Below, in pieces: positions 40,504-52,957 of a stretch of 55,616 nt of DNA (positions are counted from its first letter, which is position 1; each line of letters opens with the position of its first letter). This stretch comes from Basidiobolus meristosporus CBS 931.73 (taxonomy: Eukaryota; Fungi; Basidiobolomycota): NCBI GenBank assembly GCA_002104905.1, contig MCFE01000585.1, forward strand, positions 1 through 55,616. The letters are read 5' to 3'. Made by a program: the position numbers and the translations under genes. The notes under the pieces are model-generated. The model was not told the origin of the DNA, ran no database searches, and saw only the letters and a list, made by a program, of their open reading frames with translations.

Positions 40504-41616
40504 CTAGCATTTGAGAGGTATTGTCAGCTTATGCTCAGAGCGATAGTGCCGTTTCAAAGCATCTGTGCGATAGAATGATTTGGTGCAAATACTACAACTG
40601 TAAGGCCTCTCTCCAGTGTGCAAGCGAATATGTCTGTGGAGGTCATGTCTGCGGCGGAAATGACGGGAGCAAAATGGGCACAGATGTGTTCGCTTCTCCT
40701 TCTCACCAGGGGATGGTGCAGAGTCTGCTACCCCATTCATGAAGTTAAAAGGGGCGCCTCCATTGTTAGAATCGTTAGGCCTAGAGTCACCCATAGCGTG
40801 TGGGTGATAACGAAATACTCTGGAAGTAGATGAGTGGATGCCTTTGGATGGATTGCAATGGATAAATTTGATTCTGTTGGGAATTGACCCTGGTAAGAGA
40901 TTGGGGCTGGAATTGGAATATGCCTCGAGACCGACTGGATCCATAATCTCCTCCTCGAAACTTGAGGCCAAGTGCTGTGCAAGATGATCCGTTTCATCGC
41001 TGTGTATATCAAATTTGGAGCTTGTCACTTCTGTGGGAAAGAAATGTGCACTGTGTATCCCGAGGGGAAACAGCGGATAACTGTAGATGGGTGCGCAGTG
41101 GGTGACTGGATTCCGTATTGAATGATGCAATTCGGGAATCTGGCAGCAGGAAGAAATTCTCGGAGTATTTGCTGCTGGAAGAAGTAGTGGAGTAGCCATA
41201 TGGCACTGTGGGTTTTCAATGGCAGTAGTGCTAACTTGTGTGAGAGTCGAGGGATGTTGGTGAGGAGCAGAACGTAAACCATTGGGAAACTCTGCTCTCA
41301 GCTGATGGCTGAGTACCACAGGGCTGGCACCATCTACTGGGGCCCTGGTAAGATTCTTTGCAGGGGAGAGATGTGGCCTGTGGTTTGGTCCAATGTTTAA
41401 TGGCTGACTATTTACCAAGTATGCAGAGAGCGATGCATCGTAATCTAGCAAAGTAAAGACTAGATTTTAGTAGAAAACCTTGGGAACGTTTCCAATAACT
41501 ATATTACCAGCAGAAATTGGCTCAGTATCAGAGTAGAACCAATCCTCAATACTCATGTCATGAATGCTCGGATTGAGAGGACCAGCAGGGTTTATGCGGT
41601 TGGAGAGGGGCATCAT
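40504..41616 (-). CDS. C2H2 zinc-finger transcription factor (two C-terminal fingers); exons 41616-41508 and 41444-40504
   Basis: CPFCSRHFRRRHDLHRHIRLH-TGERPY-CSICTKSFYRTDALKRHYRSEH. The supplied ORF starts at TTG; a 63-nt GT-AG intron links it in frame to an upstream ATG exon. Confidence 0.85.
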
Positions 41617-44116
41617 AGTGGTGTTGAGATGGAAAACGCGTAATATGTCCTTCGAAGATACCAAGTGGGTAAATGATTATGACGTCTAGTCCTGTAAGTG
41701 CCTTTTTATTCAATTTCTCAGTAGCCAGAGTTCTCAGGAACCAACCAAGCAATGTTTCACTAATGAGAGTTTCAAACCCGGTCAGATGCTATCACAAAAA
41801 CCGATCCAGAATAGTGTAGTCAATACGATTGCTAGGTGAGCCAGTATTAGGGACTGTCGTGTAACAAACTGAAGATGAAATAGAAGTATAGGTGTGCTAC
41901 TTTGGTATACTGTGATCAACAGTTGCGATAATAAAATAGTCACAAGATTAGCTAGCAAAAACATTTTTCCTGGGGATCATTACTGCTTAAAGCGGAGCTC
42001 TTTAGAAAATCACCATACCAGTTTTGGAAACGTTACTTGTTTCATTAGTGGTAAGCACACTCTGCTATTGTAACTTTCGTGGACTAGCTGCTGGTTCAGG
42101 ACGTTGCATTAGTGTGTGAGTATAGGACTTGGTTGCACGGTAGCCATTCAGATATTGCCCATCCCGTCCCTTAGAGCATCGCCCACTGCCGGTACACTGC
42201 TGGGTTTTACCGCTTAAGAGGGCTCAGAATTGTTGAGCACAATTAGGAAATGGACAGACTTTATCCCCATTGGATTTCAAGAGCGCGTGATTACCCAATT
42301 GCTAATGAACTTTAATATTAACAGCATTATTTTTCTGGATATATATGGCAACAAAGGCAGTGATACCACTTTGGGATGCTTTGCTCTGGTAACTCGCTGA
42401 CTAGATATGTGCAGCTTTAACTTTAACCAGGATGATCAAGTAAAATATCGTAGGGAAACATATAGTAGCAGAGGAGCAGTGATTCGATGATCATCAGCCC
42501 CATTGTTTCCTTATCAACTTGTATATACTCAAAAGGCCATCGAATCAGCCCAATAGAGCACTAGCTATGGGCTCAGATTCTCAGCCCCGGTGAACCAATG
42601 GATACGGTAGAATATTACACAAACACAAGATCAACTATATTGTAGGAATTCACGGCAATTGAAGCTGGAGATGACATGCTACATAAAGAGATTCCTTTCC
42701 GTTTTAGTTCATCGTGGTGAAGCTCTAATATGAGTTCGGTTACATTATAGCTCAATTGCAGGACCTAGGCAAGGTCTCCTCCCATACTGCTGGTCACGAT
42801 TCTGTCAACCATAATTTGTGGCATCCCAACCTCACATCAAAGAAGATTAGGCATCAGCAATTATGCCGTGTAGATCCGACTATATGGCGTCCGCTTCAAC
42901 ACAAGTCCAAAAATAGTACGAGTCTGTCAATATTAGCCTGCTCTATTATTGTTTTATGAAATCAATTTTACCCTCAATGAAACATAGGAGTTGTAAAGAA
43001 TTTTGATGAATCCTATTATCCCAAAGGTTTGAATATTGGATTTCTTTAGATAGATGACACTTTTATAATCATTTGATCCAAAATGATGCTAGTGCTTTGT
43101 GCTATATATATTTACCTTGTGTTTTGGTAAAATATTCCAAGTAAATCCTAACAAGGGATTTGGGTAAGACATTTCAAGATTTGTTGACCATGATCTAAGT
43201 GACTAAGTTAATGGATTATATAAGTGTAACTGCAAGATTCATAAAAACAAGTACTCTGCTGAGTAGTATATGCAAAGCTGAATAAACACTTGGTACAGAG
43301 TATGGCTTAATAAAACTATACTAAGCTTCATAATTCTTTTCAGGTTGCTGCCAGAGCTTAATCAAACTTGCATCCCAGATCACCAGGCCTAGCCTCTCAA
43401 ATAAGGCAACTCTTGCATGCGCTACCGCCAGCCTTGCTAAGTCATTTGTTATTTATCATGATCTCTTCTGCTTATAAGGATATCTGGGAGTTCTTGTACT
43501 TTGCATTTGTTTGCCATTTGGCTTGGTCAGCATAGTTTGAATTTTGTTTCTTTTCTCCAACTTTGGCAGAGCACTTAATGACACCACTTCCTGTTGCTCA
43601 AAACTTGTAAAAATCAATGACTAAAGTTATTAATTCCATAATATCAGTTATCCAGAGTACAAGAGCACTCAAAGTTATTCAAACTGTTGTAAATTCTGCA
43701 ATTATGCCAAAATATTCACCTACCTCAGTCACTTAGATCATTGCCTGCAGATCTCAGTGAATTCAGTGTTGTAAAAATTCGTATTTTCCACCTAAATATT
43801 CACCTAACTTAGTCACTTAGATCATCATCTTCAAATCCTAGAGAATACTGACCAAATTCCTTGTCGGGATTTACTTAGAATATTTTCACCAAAATACCAG
43901 GTACCCAGAACATGAAAATTCTCAAAGTTGTCCAAACAGCCCCAAACTTTGCACACATGTTCTTGGGACCTTCCTTAACCTATTCTACGTGTTTGTAATG
44001 CCAAGACCATGTAAAAGTATAAATACTACTTTTACATTCAATAAATCATTAAGTGAAAACCACATAATCTACTTGTTCTCCCAATCACTTCCAATATCTC
44101 CAAGACTCTTACAACA

Positions 44117-44128
44117 GGTTATGAGCCC
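44117..44128 (+). promoter_or_regulatory. Primer-binding site complementary to the anticodon stem-loop of initiator tRNA-Met (half-tRNA priming, Ty5/copia type)
   Basis: GGTTATGAGCCC lies directly after the 5' LTR. Its reverse complement GGGCTCATAACC is the tRNAiMet anticodon arm. Confidence 0.9.
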
Positions 44129-44147
44129 CGAGCTGTCACTCTCTGCA

Positions 44148-47100
44148 ATGTCTACTACTGCTATTACTGGAATTTTTCCCTCTGCTGAAAAGTTGGATGG
44201 ATCTAACTACCAAGTGTGGAAGGTGAAGATGAAGATGCTGCTACAAGAAAGAGGCCTTTGGGATATTGTCATGGGAGAAGAATGCCCTCCTAAAAACGTG
44301 GGAGAGGAAGCCTTGAAGTACCAGAAGAAAGAACAAAGTGCCTTTAACTGCATTTGCCTTAATGTCAAGGACAAATTGCTAATTCAATGCTCAAGAGCAA
44401 AAACGGCAAAGAATGCCTGGAAAGCATTAGAAGACACCTACCAGTCATGTTCAGCTGCCAAGAAAATGTATCTGAGAAGAAAATTCTTTACTACAAAGAT
44501 GCTGCCAGGAGAAGAAATGAAAAATCTAATTAACAGAATTACCCTGCTGGTAGATGAGATGGAATCTGTGGGCGTACCAACTACTGATGAGGATGTGATA
44601 GTTACCATCCTGAATAGCCTGACAGACGAGTTTCAGGGCCTTGTATCAGCCCTAGAGTCCAGAACTGAAGATTTGACCTTAAATTACGTATATGGAAGGC
44701 TCCTGGATGAAGAATTAAGAAAATCAAGCGCCAATAAGAAGGAAGAAGAAAATGCTTTAATAAGCAATGATAACCAACAAAGGAGGTACCCAAGACCCTA
44801 CAAAGGCAACAGCAACCTATTTTGCAACTACTGCAAAAGGAAAGGACACACATCAGACCGGTGTTTCAAAAAGAGAGATTATCAGCAAAAGAAGCCTGAA
44901 TATGGAAATGCTGTAACAACTGAAGATAGACTATTCATATCTGCACTAAATATGACCACAAACAAGGATTCTCAGACGTGGTATATTGACTCTGGAGCTT
45001 CTCAACACTTTACACACCAAAAAGAACTTTTTACCCAATATCAAGAAATTCCAATTAAGAAGGTTTTCATGGGTGACGATAGAACACTTGATGCAGTGGG
45101 AGAAGGAACTATCCAAGTAAACCTTAGAAGCAGTGAAGGAAGCCATACACTGACCTTTAAAGAAGTACTCTATGTACCAGAAATAGCCAAGAACCTACTC
45201 TCTGTAAGCAAGGCCACAGCAGAAGGACTCAGTTTCAGTTTTGACAATTCTGGATGCAGGATCACTGATCAAAATGGTGCCCATATTGCTTCGGGCATCA
45301 GAGATCAGAACCTATACAAGTTGACTTATATTCCATCATATCTGGAAGCCAATATAAGTAACTTAAATGAAGAAACACCAATGCTTTGGCACAGGAGATT
45401 TGGACACATCAATTTTGATTATTTGCGTAAAATGATCAAAGATCAGCTAATTTCTGGAGTGAAAATTGATCCCCCAGCTATTTTGGAGCACTGTGAAGCC
45501 TGCATATATGGGAAACAAGCCAGACAACCGTTCAAGAGCTCTGGGTTAATCAAAACTAAGAAAAAATTAGATCTAATTCACTCAGATCTGTGTGGACCTA
45601 TGCAAAATTTATCCTTAGGCGGGATGAAGTATTTAATCACTTTTATTGATGATTATACAAGATACACATGGGTCTACTTCATGGAGAGAAAGGAAGAAGC
45701 TCTGTCTAAGCTCAGGGAGTTCAAAGCCATGGTGGAGAGAGAAACTGGTGAAAAAATCAAGAAAATACGCTCTGACAATGGTGGAGAATATACCTCAAAA
45801 CTCTTCATCCACTTCTGCAAAATTCATGGGATAAAGCAAGAGACTACTGTACCATACTCCCCACAGCAAAATGGAGTAGCAGAACGAGCTAACAGATCAA
45901 TAATTGATATGGCAAGATCTATGATCCATGATCAAAAATTATCCTATGATTTTTGGGCGGAATCAGTTGCCACTGCTGTATATCTTAAAAATAGGAGTTA
46001 TAACAGAATACTTCGTGATTCTACTCCATTTGAAGCATGGTATGGATACAGACCAAGTGCAGAACATCTAAGAATATTTGGGTGTACAGCATATGCCAAA
46101 AAACTGGCCGGAAATCAGTCAAAATTTGAGCCAAAAAGTGTAAAATGCATATTTTTGGGCTACTGCAATGAGAGTAAGGCATACAGACTCTACAATACCG
46201 AAGCAAAGAAGCTGATCAAGTCCAGGGATGTGTTGTTTGATGAAAATTCAAAATTTTCACAAAAAATGACATCAGATGATGACGAAAATTTGATCTCAAG
46301 TCCACCAATTGTCAGGATTGAATCAGAGCAAAACAATGAAAATTTTTTCACTCCAGAGGACTCTACAACCGTGGTTCAGCCAGAATCAGTGCCCAGGAAT
46401 ATCCCAGAAGTGATCATTCCAGTATCAAATGCCCGGAGATCCAATCGAACAAGAAATAGCCCAAATTACTATATCAATGAGGGTACAAACTTAGCCTATG
46501 CCTATTCAGTCCATGTTGATGAACCCCAGACTGTAAAAGAGGCCCTAAATAGCCCTCAGACGAAGTTTTGGAGATCTGCAATGACTGAGGAATATCAGGC
46601 CCTGATGGAAAATCAAACTTGGGACTTAGTCAAATTACCAATCAACCAAAAATCAATTGGATGCAGATGGGTCTTCAAGACAAAATACAAGGCTGATGGT
46701 ACAATTGAAAGATACAAAGCAAGACTTGTAGCCAAAGGATACTCTCAAACAAAAGGACTTGACTATACTGAGACCTTTGCACCGGTAGCCAAGTTTAATT
46801 CCATCAGATTAATATTGGCTATTGCAGCCAAATATAAGTTTTTTATTCATCAAATGGATGTAAAAACTGCATTTTTGAATGGAGAACTTGATGAGGACGT
46901 GTATATGGACCAGCCTGATGGTTTTGTTGACCAAGATAACCCCCATTTGGTCTGCAAGCTTAAAAAGTCACTATATGGTCTCAAACAATCACCAAGAGCC
47001 TGGAATTGCAAGATAGATTCTTATTTGGAATCTTTGAGTTTCAAAAGGAGTAATGCTGACTATAGTATATACTATAAACCAGATAGAGCAAATCCAGTTC

Positions 47101-48093
47101 TATTAGCTCTATATGTGGATGATCTTATTATAGCCGCCAATAACCTAGAAACATTGGAAGGGACTAAATCCAGCCTATCTAAGGAGTTCAAGATGTCCGA
47201 TCTAGGAGAACTTAGTTACTACTTAGGGATTAAGTTCTCCATAGACAGAAGTACCCAGACTATTACCCTAAGCCAATCCAAGTATATTCAAGATATACTA
47301 AAGAAGTACAAAATGGAAGACTGTAAACTGGCAGCTACCCCAATGGAGACAAACCTTAACTTGGTCAAAACTCAACCAAATCAAGAGAGCTTGGTGCCAT
47401 CTGAAAGCCCTGACTTTCCTTATCAATCTATGGTCGGCAGTCTGATGTATATCATGCTTGGAACACGTCCAGATATCTCATATTCAGTGGGAGTTGTCAG
47501 CCAACATAATCAGAATTATGGATCTGATCATATTGCAGCAGTTAAGCGGATTTTTAGATACCTAAAAGGAACTGCTGATATCTGTTTAAGATACACTTAT
47601 AAGGATTCAGAACAGGATCTTGTGGGATACTCTGATGCTGATTGGGGACGAAATTTAGAAGACAGAAGATCCACCACAGGATACACCTTTCTTTACTGTA
47701 AAGGAGCCATTTCATGGAATTCAAGAAAGCAACCAACCGTAGCACTTTCTACTACAGAGGCAGAGTATATGGCAGCCTGTGAAGCTACAAAAGAAGCAAT
47801 GTGGTTAAGAAAGCTCTTTACAGATTTAGGCCTATGTCAAAAAAACGCCTATTACTTTATTTCAAGATAATCAAGGATGTATACAATTAGGTAGAAATCC
47901 AACTTTTCATGCTAGAACCAAGCACATAGATATTAGACATCATTTCATACGTGAAGCTATAGAGAATAACTTAGTTAGCTTAGTTTACTGTCCTACAGAT
48001 GAAATGATTGCAGACATATTTACCAAACCATTAGCTAGAGACAAGTTTGAATATCTTAGGTCAAAATTAGGACTAGTCAGTATGAACATTTAG
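44148..48093 (+). CDS. Copia Gag-Pol polyprotein with a single +1 frameshift in RNase H (A7 run at 47839-47845)
   Basis: Zinc knuckle CNYCKRKGHTSDRC, protease WYIDSGAS, HHCC (LWHRRFGH..CEAC), integrase D,D35E, RT YVDD and RNase H YSDADW..EAEY. Removing one A restores LCQKTPITLFQDNQG...LGLVSMNI* as in the sister copies. The start could be the ATG at 44121. Confidence 0.92.
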
Positions 48094-50617
48094 CTGAGTG
48101 GGAGTGTTGTAAAAATTCGTATTTTCCACCTAAATATTCACCTAACTTAGTCACTTAGATCATCATCTTCAAATCCTAGAGAATACTGACCAAATTCCTT
48201 GTCGGGATTTACTTAGAATATTTTCACCAAAATACCAGGTACCCAGAACATGAAAATTCTCAAAGTTGTCCAAACAGCCCCAAACTTTGCACACATGTTC
48301 TTGGGACCTTCCTTAACCTATTCTACGTGTTTGTAATGCCAAGACCATGTAAAAGTATAAATACTACTTTTACATTCAATAAATCATTAAGTGAAAACCA
48401 CATAATCTACTTGTTCTCCCAATCACTTCCAATATCTCCAAGACTCTTACAACATTCAGGACAAATTCCTTGATGGGACCTGGAGTGTTTTCACTGCAAC
48501 ATCAGATATCCAAATCATTAGAAATCTCAAAGTTGTTCAAACTGCCCAAACTCTGCTCACTTACACTTGGGACCTTGCTAAACATGTTATGCATATTTGT
48601 CTTACTAAGACCCTGTAAATGCATAAATATTTCTAATACACTCAACAAACAATTACATGTCATACACATAGACTATTTGTCCTCCCAATCATTTCCAATA
48701 CCCCCAAAACTCTTACAACATCAACAAATTTATAAATTATGCACACATATTTTGTACTCAAATTCTCATGGCCTTTTAGAAGCATTCAGCAGTAAAGCTC
48801 AGTTGTTGCAAAGATATACTTACATTAACCTTCAGTTCACTAAGTCAAGTTTGGTACACCTAAACACTGAAAAGATACAACAATATAGGGCCAGCATCAT
48901 AATATCATAATATCAGCTGAGTTCCAAGTTTCTGTAAGCTTACAACTCTCAGTACATCAGGTACTAGCAATTTGGCAGCCAAACAGACAGATTTTTGACA
49001 CAGAGGCTTGTCTAAATAGCATCAATATCAAGTTTGGAAATAAGCTAACCACTACTTCCACAATGTATTACTACTAAAAGTTTGAAAGAAAAGCACCAGA
49101 TGAATGCCAGCAAAATACCATTAGAATACCAGTTGATACCAGCAGATTATTAGGTGAATTCCAAGTCTGGGGCTTCTCACTGGGCAAGCTGAATCATAGA
49201 AACAAGGATACTACATAAGCACTGAAATAATAATTACAGTATAAAGAAAACAAAGGATTATTATGACCATATAATACAGAGGTCCAGTTGTGGCAACCAT
49301 TATGTTAGACTTGGCCATCCATACTGGAAGATTATAAGGAATATTTCAAGTGATCTGAAGCACTACAAGGATTGAATGACATTTACTTATTGATTTATTG
49401 AGCATTAATAAAGTACTTATACTTTTAATGGAGTTTTGTGAGACCAATGATGCAATAATTTTGGGATGATCCCAGAAAGTAGTGTGCCTCATTTGGGGAC
49501 TTTAAATGGGCTTGAGAATAGTATCAATTTCCAGGCCTTTACAGATGCTTAGAGTTGGCCAATATGTGACAAGCTAAATCTCATGTGAATAACTCATAGC
49601 TGGGCAATTAGCTAAGTAGAATTTTATGATATATGAGTGGTGTATGTGTAAACTAAATATTTGCAACAACACAGGTATGCATGTTGGTGACAAGCCCCCA
49701 AAGTATAAGTTAAGCTACCTGAGAAGGCTCTTTTGGCAGTTTTTCTTTGGGAGAATGCTTGTAGTAGCCATGCCTGTTCAGAGTATTTACTTCATTTACT
49801 AACCCTAACTTCCCTATCAAATCTAGCAAAGTCTGAACACATCTCTTGCATTTGTATAGCTGAATTAGTTTGTATACCAAAGCGTTGATCGAATTCCAGT
49901 ATTGCGCAATTTATCATCCAAATCTCTGATCCAATGGTGGGAGAGTTCCCTTGTATGTTTTATGCAAGTTAAACAACCTAAAGACTGAGAGGCCAGAGCT
50001 CTTTGAGGAAGTGGATCATAGGGTGCAATGTTTTTTGCCGATTTTCCAGCAATTAGTCAGCTTCATTACTGCTACAGCAATAAGTCAAACAGCTGCAATA
50101 ACACAGGACGGGTTTCAGACAGCTTAGTGCTAATCACTATGGTCCCTTCTTGCAAGCCACACGCGCGAATCATCAACATTCAGATTTCCAATCACAAACC
50201 TCAACCTAGTCGAGTAAATCACGCAATCGGCCTCCGACAATTTTCCAATGTTTTAACTTACTATTCAATTTGACAGCACAATATTCCTCAATGTCAGAGT
50301 ATTCGAAAATAGCTTGTTCGAAAGTGCCAGGCTGTGGGACTACGATTGTTGCCAGTAAGCTTACCAACCCAAATAAGAGCGTTACCTTTTGCCCAGTTTA
50401 AAATACTACCGATATGGCATACACCTATGCTACAAACACCATGGTTCGTACTTTCTACAATTTTTCACGCTTAGATAGTAAACGTTCAAAGTGCCTTTAA
50501 TAACACCCAATTGCGTGGTTTATTATTTTTCGGTTGGAGTGTCCGCGGGACTTACAGACCACTAAACCAAAAGTATATATCAGCGCAATGCTATCACACA
50601 TGTGCTGGGAGGCGTAA

Positions 50618-51769
50618 CTAAGAATGCCCAATTGGCTTTGTATCCTGCTCAATCACCAAGAGTGCACCGGATGTTGCAAGCCCAGTGAATTGGCCAGTTA
50701 CTTTTGGATCTGGCCCAATTAGGTTATTTGGGAATCCTACATCGAATGGATTGACGCTCTCCAAATAATCAATCTGCTCCTTTGTCAGCCTGATATTCAA
50801 TGCTTGTATGTTCGCCTCCAGGTGCTCTACTTTTCTTCCTCCAATGATAGGGAAAACACGTGGCGTCTTGGACATAACGTACGCAATAGCAATGGCCGTT
50901 AACGATTCGATGCCATGTTCTGACGCCACTTTGGCTAGTGCCTCGCTCATTCTTGCCTCCTCCTCACTCTGTCCCTTACCAAAGATGCTCCGAAGGCCCT
51001 CTCCTCTCTTCTCGCGTTCAGCGATAGCTGCTTTAGTCTGGAATTTGCCCCCACCGAGGACATCCCAAGGTGCCAGAGCCATACCAAAGTGGCGTGCCAT
51101 GGGGATGATCTCGCGCTCGAAATCCCGCCTCATGATATTCCACCTGCCCTGGTAAATGCTGAATGGTGTCTTACCATGAGAGCGAGCGTAGTAGTTTGCT
51201 GCACTCACGATCCAAGCGGGAGTATCAGATATACCAAGATATAGGACTTTGCCTTGCTGTACAAGAATATCAAGACTGTCCATGATTTCTTCGATCGAGG
51301 TTGTGTGGTCCCACCAGTGCACGTACAAAATATCAATCCAATCCGTCTGTAGCTTGAGTAAGGAATCACGTACACTCATGTGAAGACTTCTCTTGTGGTT
51401 TCCACTGTGATTTGGTACTTTCCCCTTGCCCAGCTGGTGGGATTTGTAGTCGGAGGTGTATTTGGTTGCAATCACGATTTGATCCCGGTTTTTACGCTGG
51501 GCCATCCATTCGCCAATCCAAGTCTCGGACTGCTCAGATTGATAATTATTGGCGGTGTCAATGAAGTTACCTCCGGCATCATAGTAGGTGTCAAGCATTT
51601 TGAAAGCAGTCTCCTTATCCATGGAACCCATGAATTCGGACCAGGCGTCACCAATAGACCCTGCCCCAAGTTGCAGAGGTGATACGCGAATCCCAGCGGT
51701 CGAAGAAAGGATGCGGTAGCGTCCAAGCTCGGTGGAAGGTTCAGGTGCAGGTTTCATGAATTCTGCCAT
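50618..51769 (-). CDS. Aryl-alcohol dehydrogenase / norsolorinic acid reductase-like aldo-keto reductase (383 aa, intronless)
   Basis: [35 protein letters not shown]..., [44 protein letters not shown] and [21 protein letters not shown] closely resemble yeast AAD proteins. The real ATG is at 51769. Confidence 0.93.
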   Translation of the reverse strand: MAEFMKPAPEPSTELGRYRILSSTAGIRVSPLQLGAGSIGDAWSEFMGSMDKETAFKMLDTYYDAGGNFIDTANNYQSEQSETWIGEWMAQRKNRDQIVIATKYTSDYKSHQLGKGKVPNHSGNHKRSLHMSVRDSLLKLQTDWIDILYVHWWDHTTSIEEIMDSLDILVQQGKVLYLGISDTPAWIVSAANYYARSHGKTPFSIYQGRWNIMRRDFEREIIPMARHFGMALAPWDVLGGGKFQTKAAIAEREKRGEGLRSIFGKGQSEEEARMSEALAKVASEHGIESLTAIAIAYVMSKTPRVFPIIGGRKVEHLEANIQALNIRLTKEQIDYLESVNPFDVGFPNNLIGPDPKVTGQFTGLATSGALLVIEQDTKPIGHS

Positions 51770-52294
51770 GGTGAATGTTTGCAATGTATTTGAGTTGTGC
51801 CCCAAAGATGGCTTACATGCCAATATATATACTCTGCGTTGCCGGGTAAATGGATCTATTAGTGATTCCGGAAGATGACTCTCTAATGGCATCCGCAGCG
51901 TCCTATATTGGAACCGCACTTTTGTCAGTCAAGTTCTTTTCACCCAACCTTCAGCATAGACGCTTAATTGATACGACACGTAAGCGAGGAATCATTAGTA
52001 ATCCTACTTGTGGAAGGGGTTGGAACCGTCTATCCAGCGTTATTGGTTTTAAGCTGCTTGAAAGCTTTAGCAGATCCTGAGGTTCATAAAACTGGGAATC
52101 AATATGCCAACTACAAGTTCTATCACCTCGCTTTCGCCTACCCGTCTCAAAATCATTGCGTAGTGGGACTTACAAAATACTCAATGGTATAACTAGCTTA
52201 ATTACACAAACTTCTGGTTGCTTCTAAGCAAAAATTGAACCGCAAATACTATGGCCATTGGAATGGTTACCACACACGGAGTCATCAGGACTAC

Positions 52295-52957
52295 TTAGGG
52301 TTAGGGTTCTAAGTTCTTTTATTGAGTCTGATTAAGTTTTATAATACCATTTCAACTTGATTCAAGTTGAATAGTGCAAATTGTACAAGGTAGTTATATC
52401 TATATTAATGTGAAGGTAAAAATACTGCAAAAATTGAGTTGAGTTCTGAAAAGGAATTTGTCAACAAGTCAGGCTAGAATATGAAGTAGAGCTGGGAGTT
52501 ACTTGAAAGCAAAGCACCAAGGGAAAGTGTAAAGCTTTACTACCACTTCCTGGAAGGCAGTAACCTCTCAGGAAGGCAGATGCTCTGGTCTTACTGCGGA
52601 TATGATAGCAGAAAGTCACTGGATGAGCTCCCTTTGTTTGTGGAATTGGAATGAAGATTGGGTATCTTTGAACCCAAAGCAGCTCTCTATATGAGAGAAG
52701 TAAAAATACATGCTACAGTGGGGGCATTTGGAACCCAAGCAAAGTGTGTTCATTCTCCACCTTATGACCTGGAAAGCAAAGAAGGAACTCCTGATGTAAA
52801 GGGATATGTCTACTCCACTATGGGACTGTCAACTCTCATGAGAAATAAGTCCAACTCTGTCTTTTGAACTAGTGACTCTGGAGATATTCTCCAGCTTCCT
52901 TTTATGCATTGCTACAGAGAGAGAGGAATATGCTCACTGGGTGACTTGGCACCGTAA
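52295..52957 (-). mobile_element. Non-LTR unit D: 5'-truncated ORF2 C-terminus (pseudo-ORF 52909-52568) with 3' UTR ending AATAAA...AACCCTAACCCTAAG
   Basis: My translation gives MHKRKLENISRVTSSKDRVGLI..*..SGVDISLY...IRWRMNTLCLGSKCPHC......SH...C, a diverged paralog of 53210-53548 with two TGA stops. Confidence 0.85.

Larger units (their letters stand above)
43767..48454 (+). mobile_element. Full-length young Ty1/copia LTR retrotransposon (4688 bp)
   Basis: 350-bp LTRs (43767-44116, 48105-48454) that I read as identical, a perfect TSD TTCAG (43762-66, 48455-59), PBS at 44117-44128, PPT CTGAGTGGGAG at 48094-48104, and copia domain order gag-PR-IN-RT-RH. Confidence 0.98.
43685..48720 (+). repeat. 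Older related LTR split by the young copia insertion (43685-43766 plus 48460-48720)
   Basis: The left piece starts TGTTGTAAATT...AAATATTCACCTA.CT.AGTCACTTAGATCA. The right piece continues GACAAATTCCTTG... and ends CTCTTACAACA. Together they make one LTR-length unit. Confidence 0.85.

Noticed and set aside
43989-44116. Gag-Pol ORF apparently starting inside the 5' LTR; also ORF 48470-48910
   Set aside because: These are non-ATG open frames through AT-rich LTR sequence. The plausible start is 44121 or 44148.
52260-52300. CTGATGA on the minus strand next to the first telomeric tract, and GAAA-stem in the junction motif, as a possible hammerhead ribozyme
   Set aside because: The CUGANGA and GAAA core halves never occur together on one strand with a stem II between them, so I cannot build a hammerhead.
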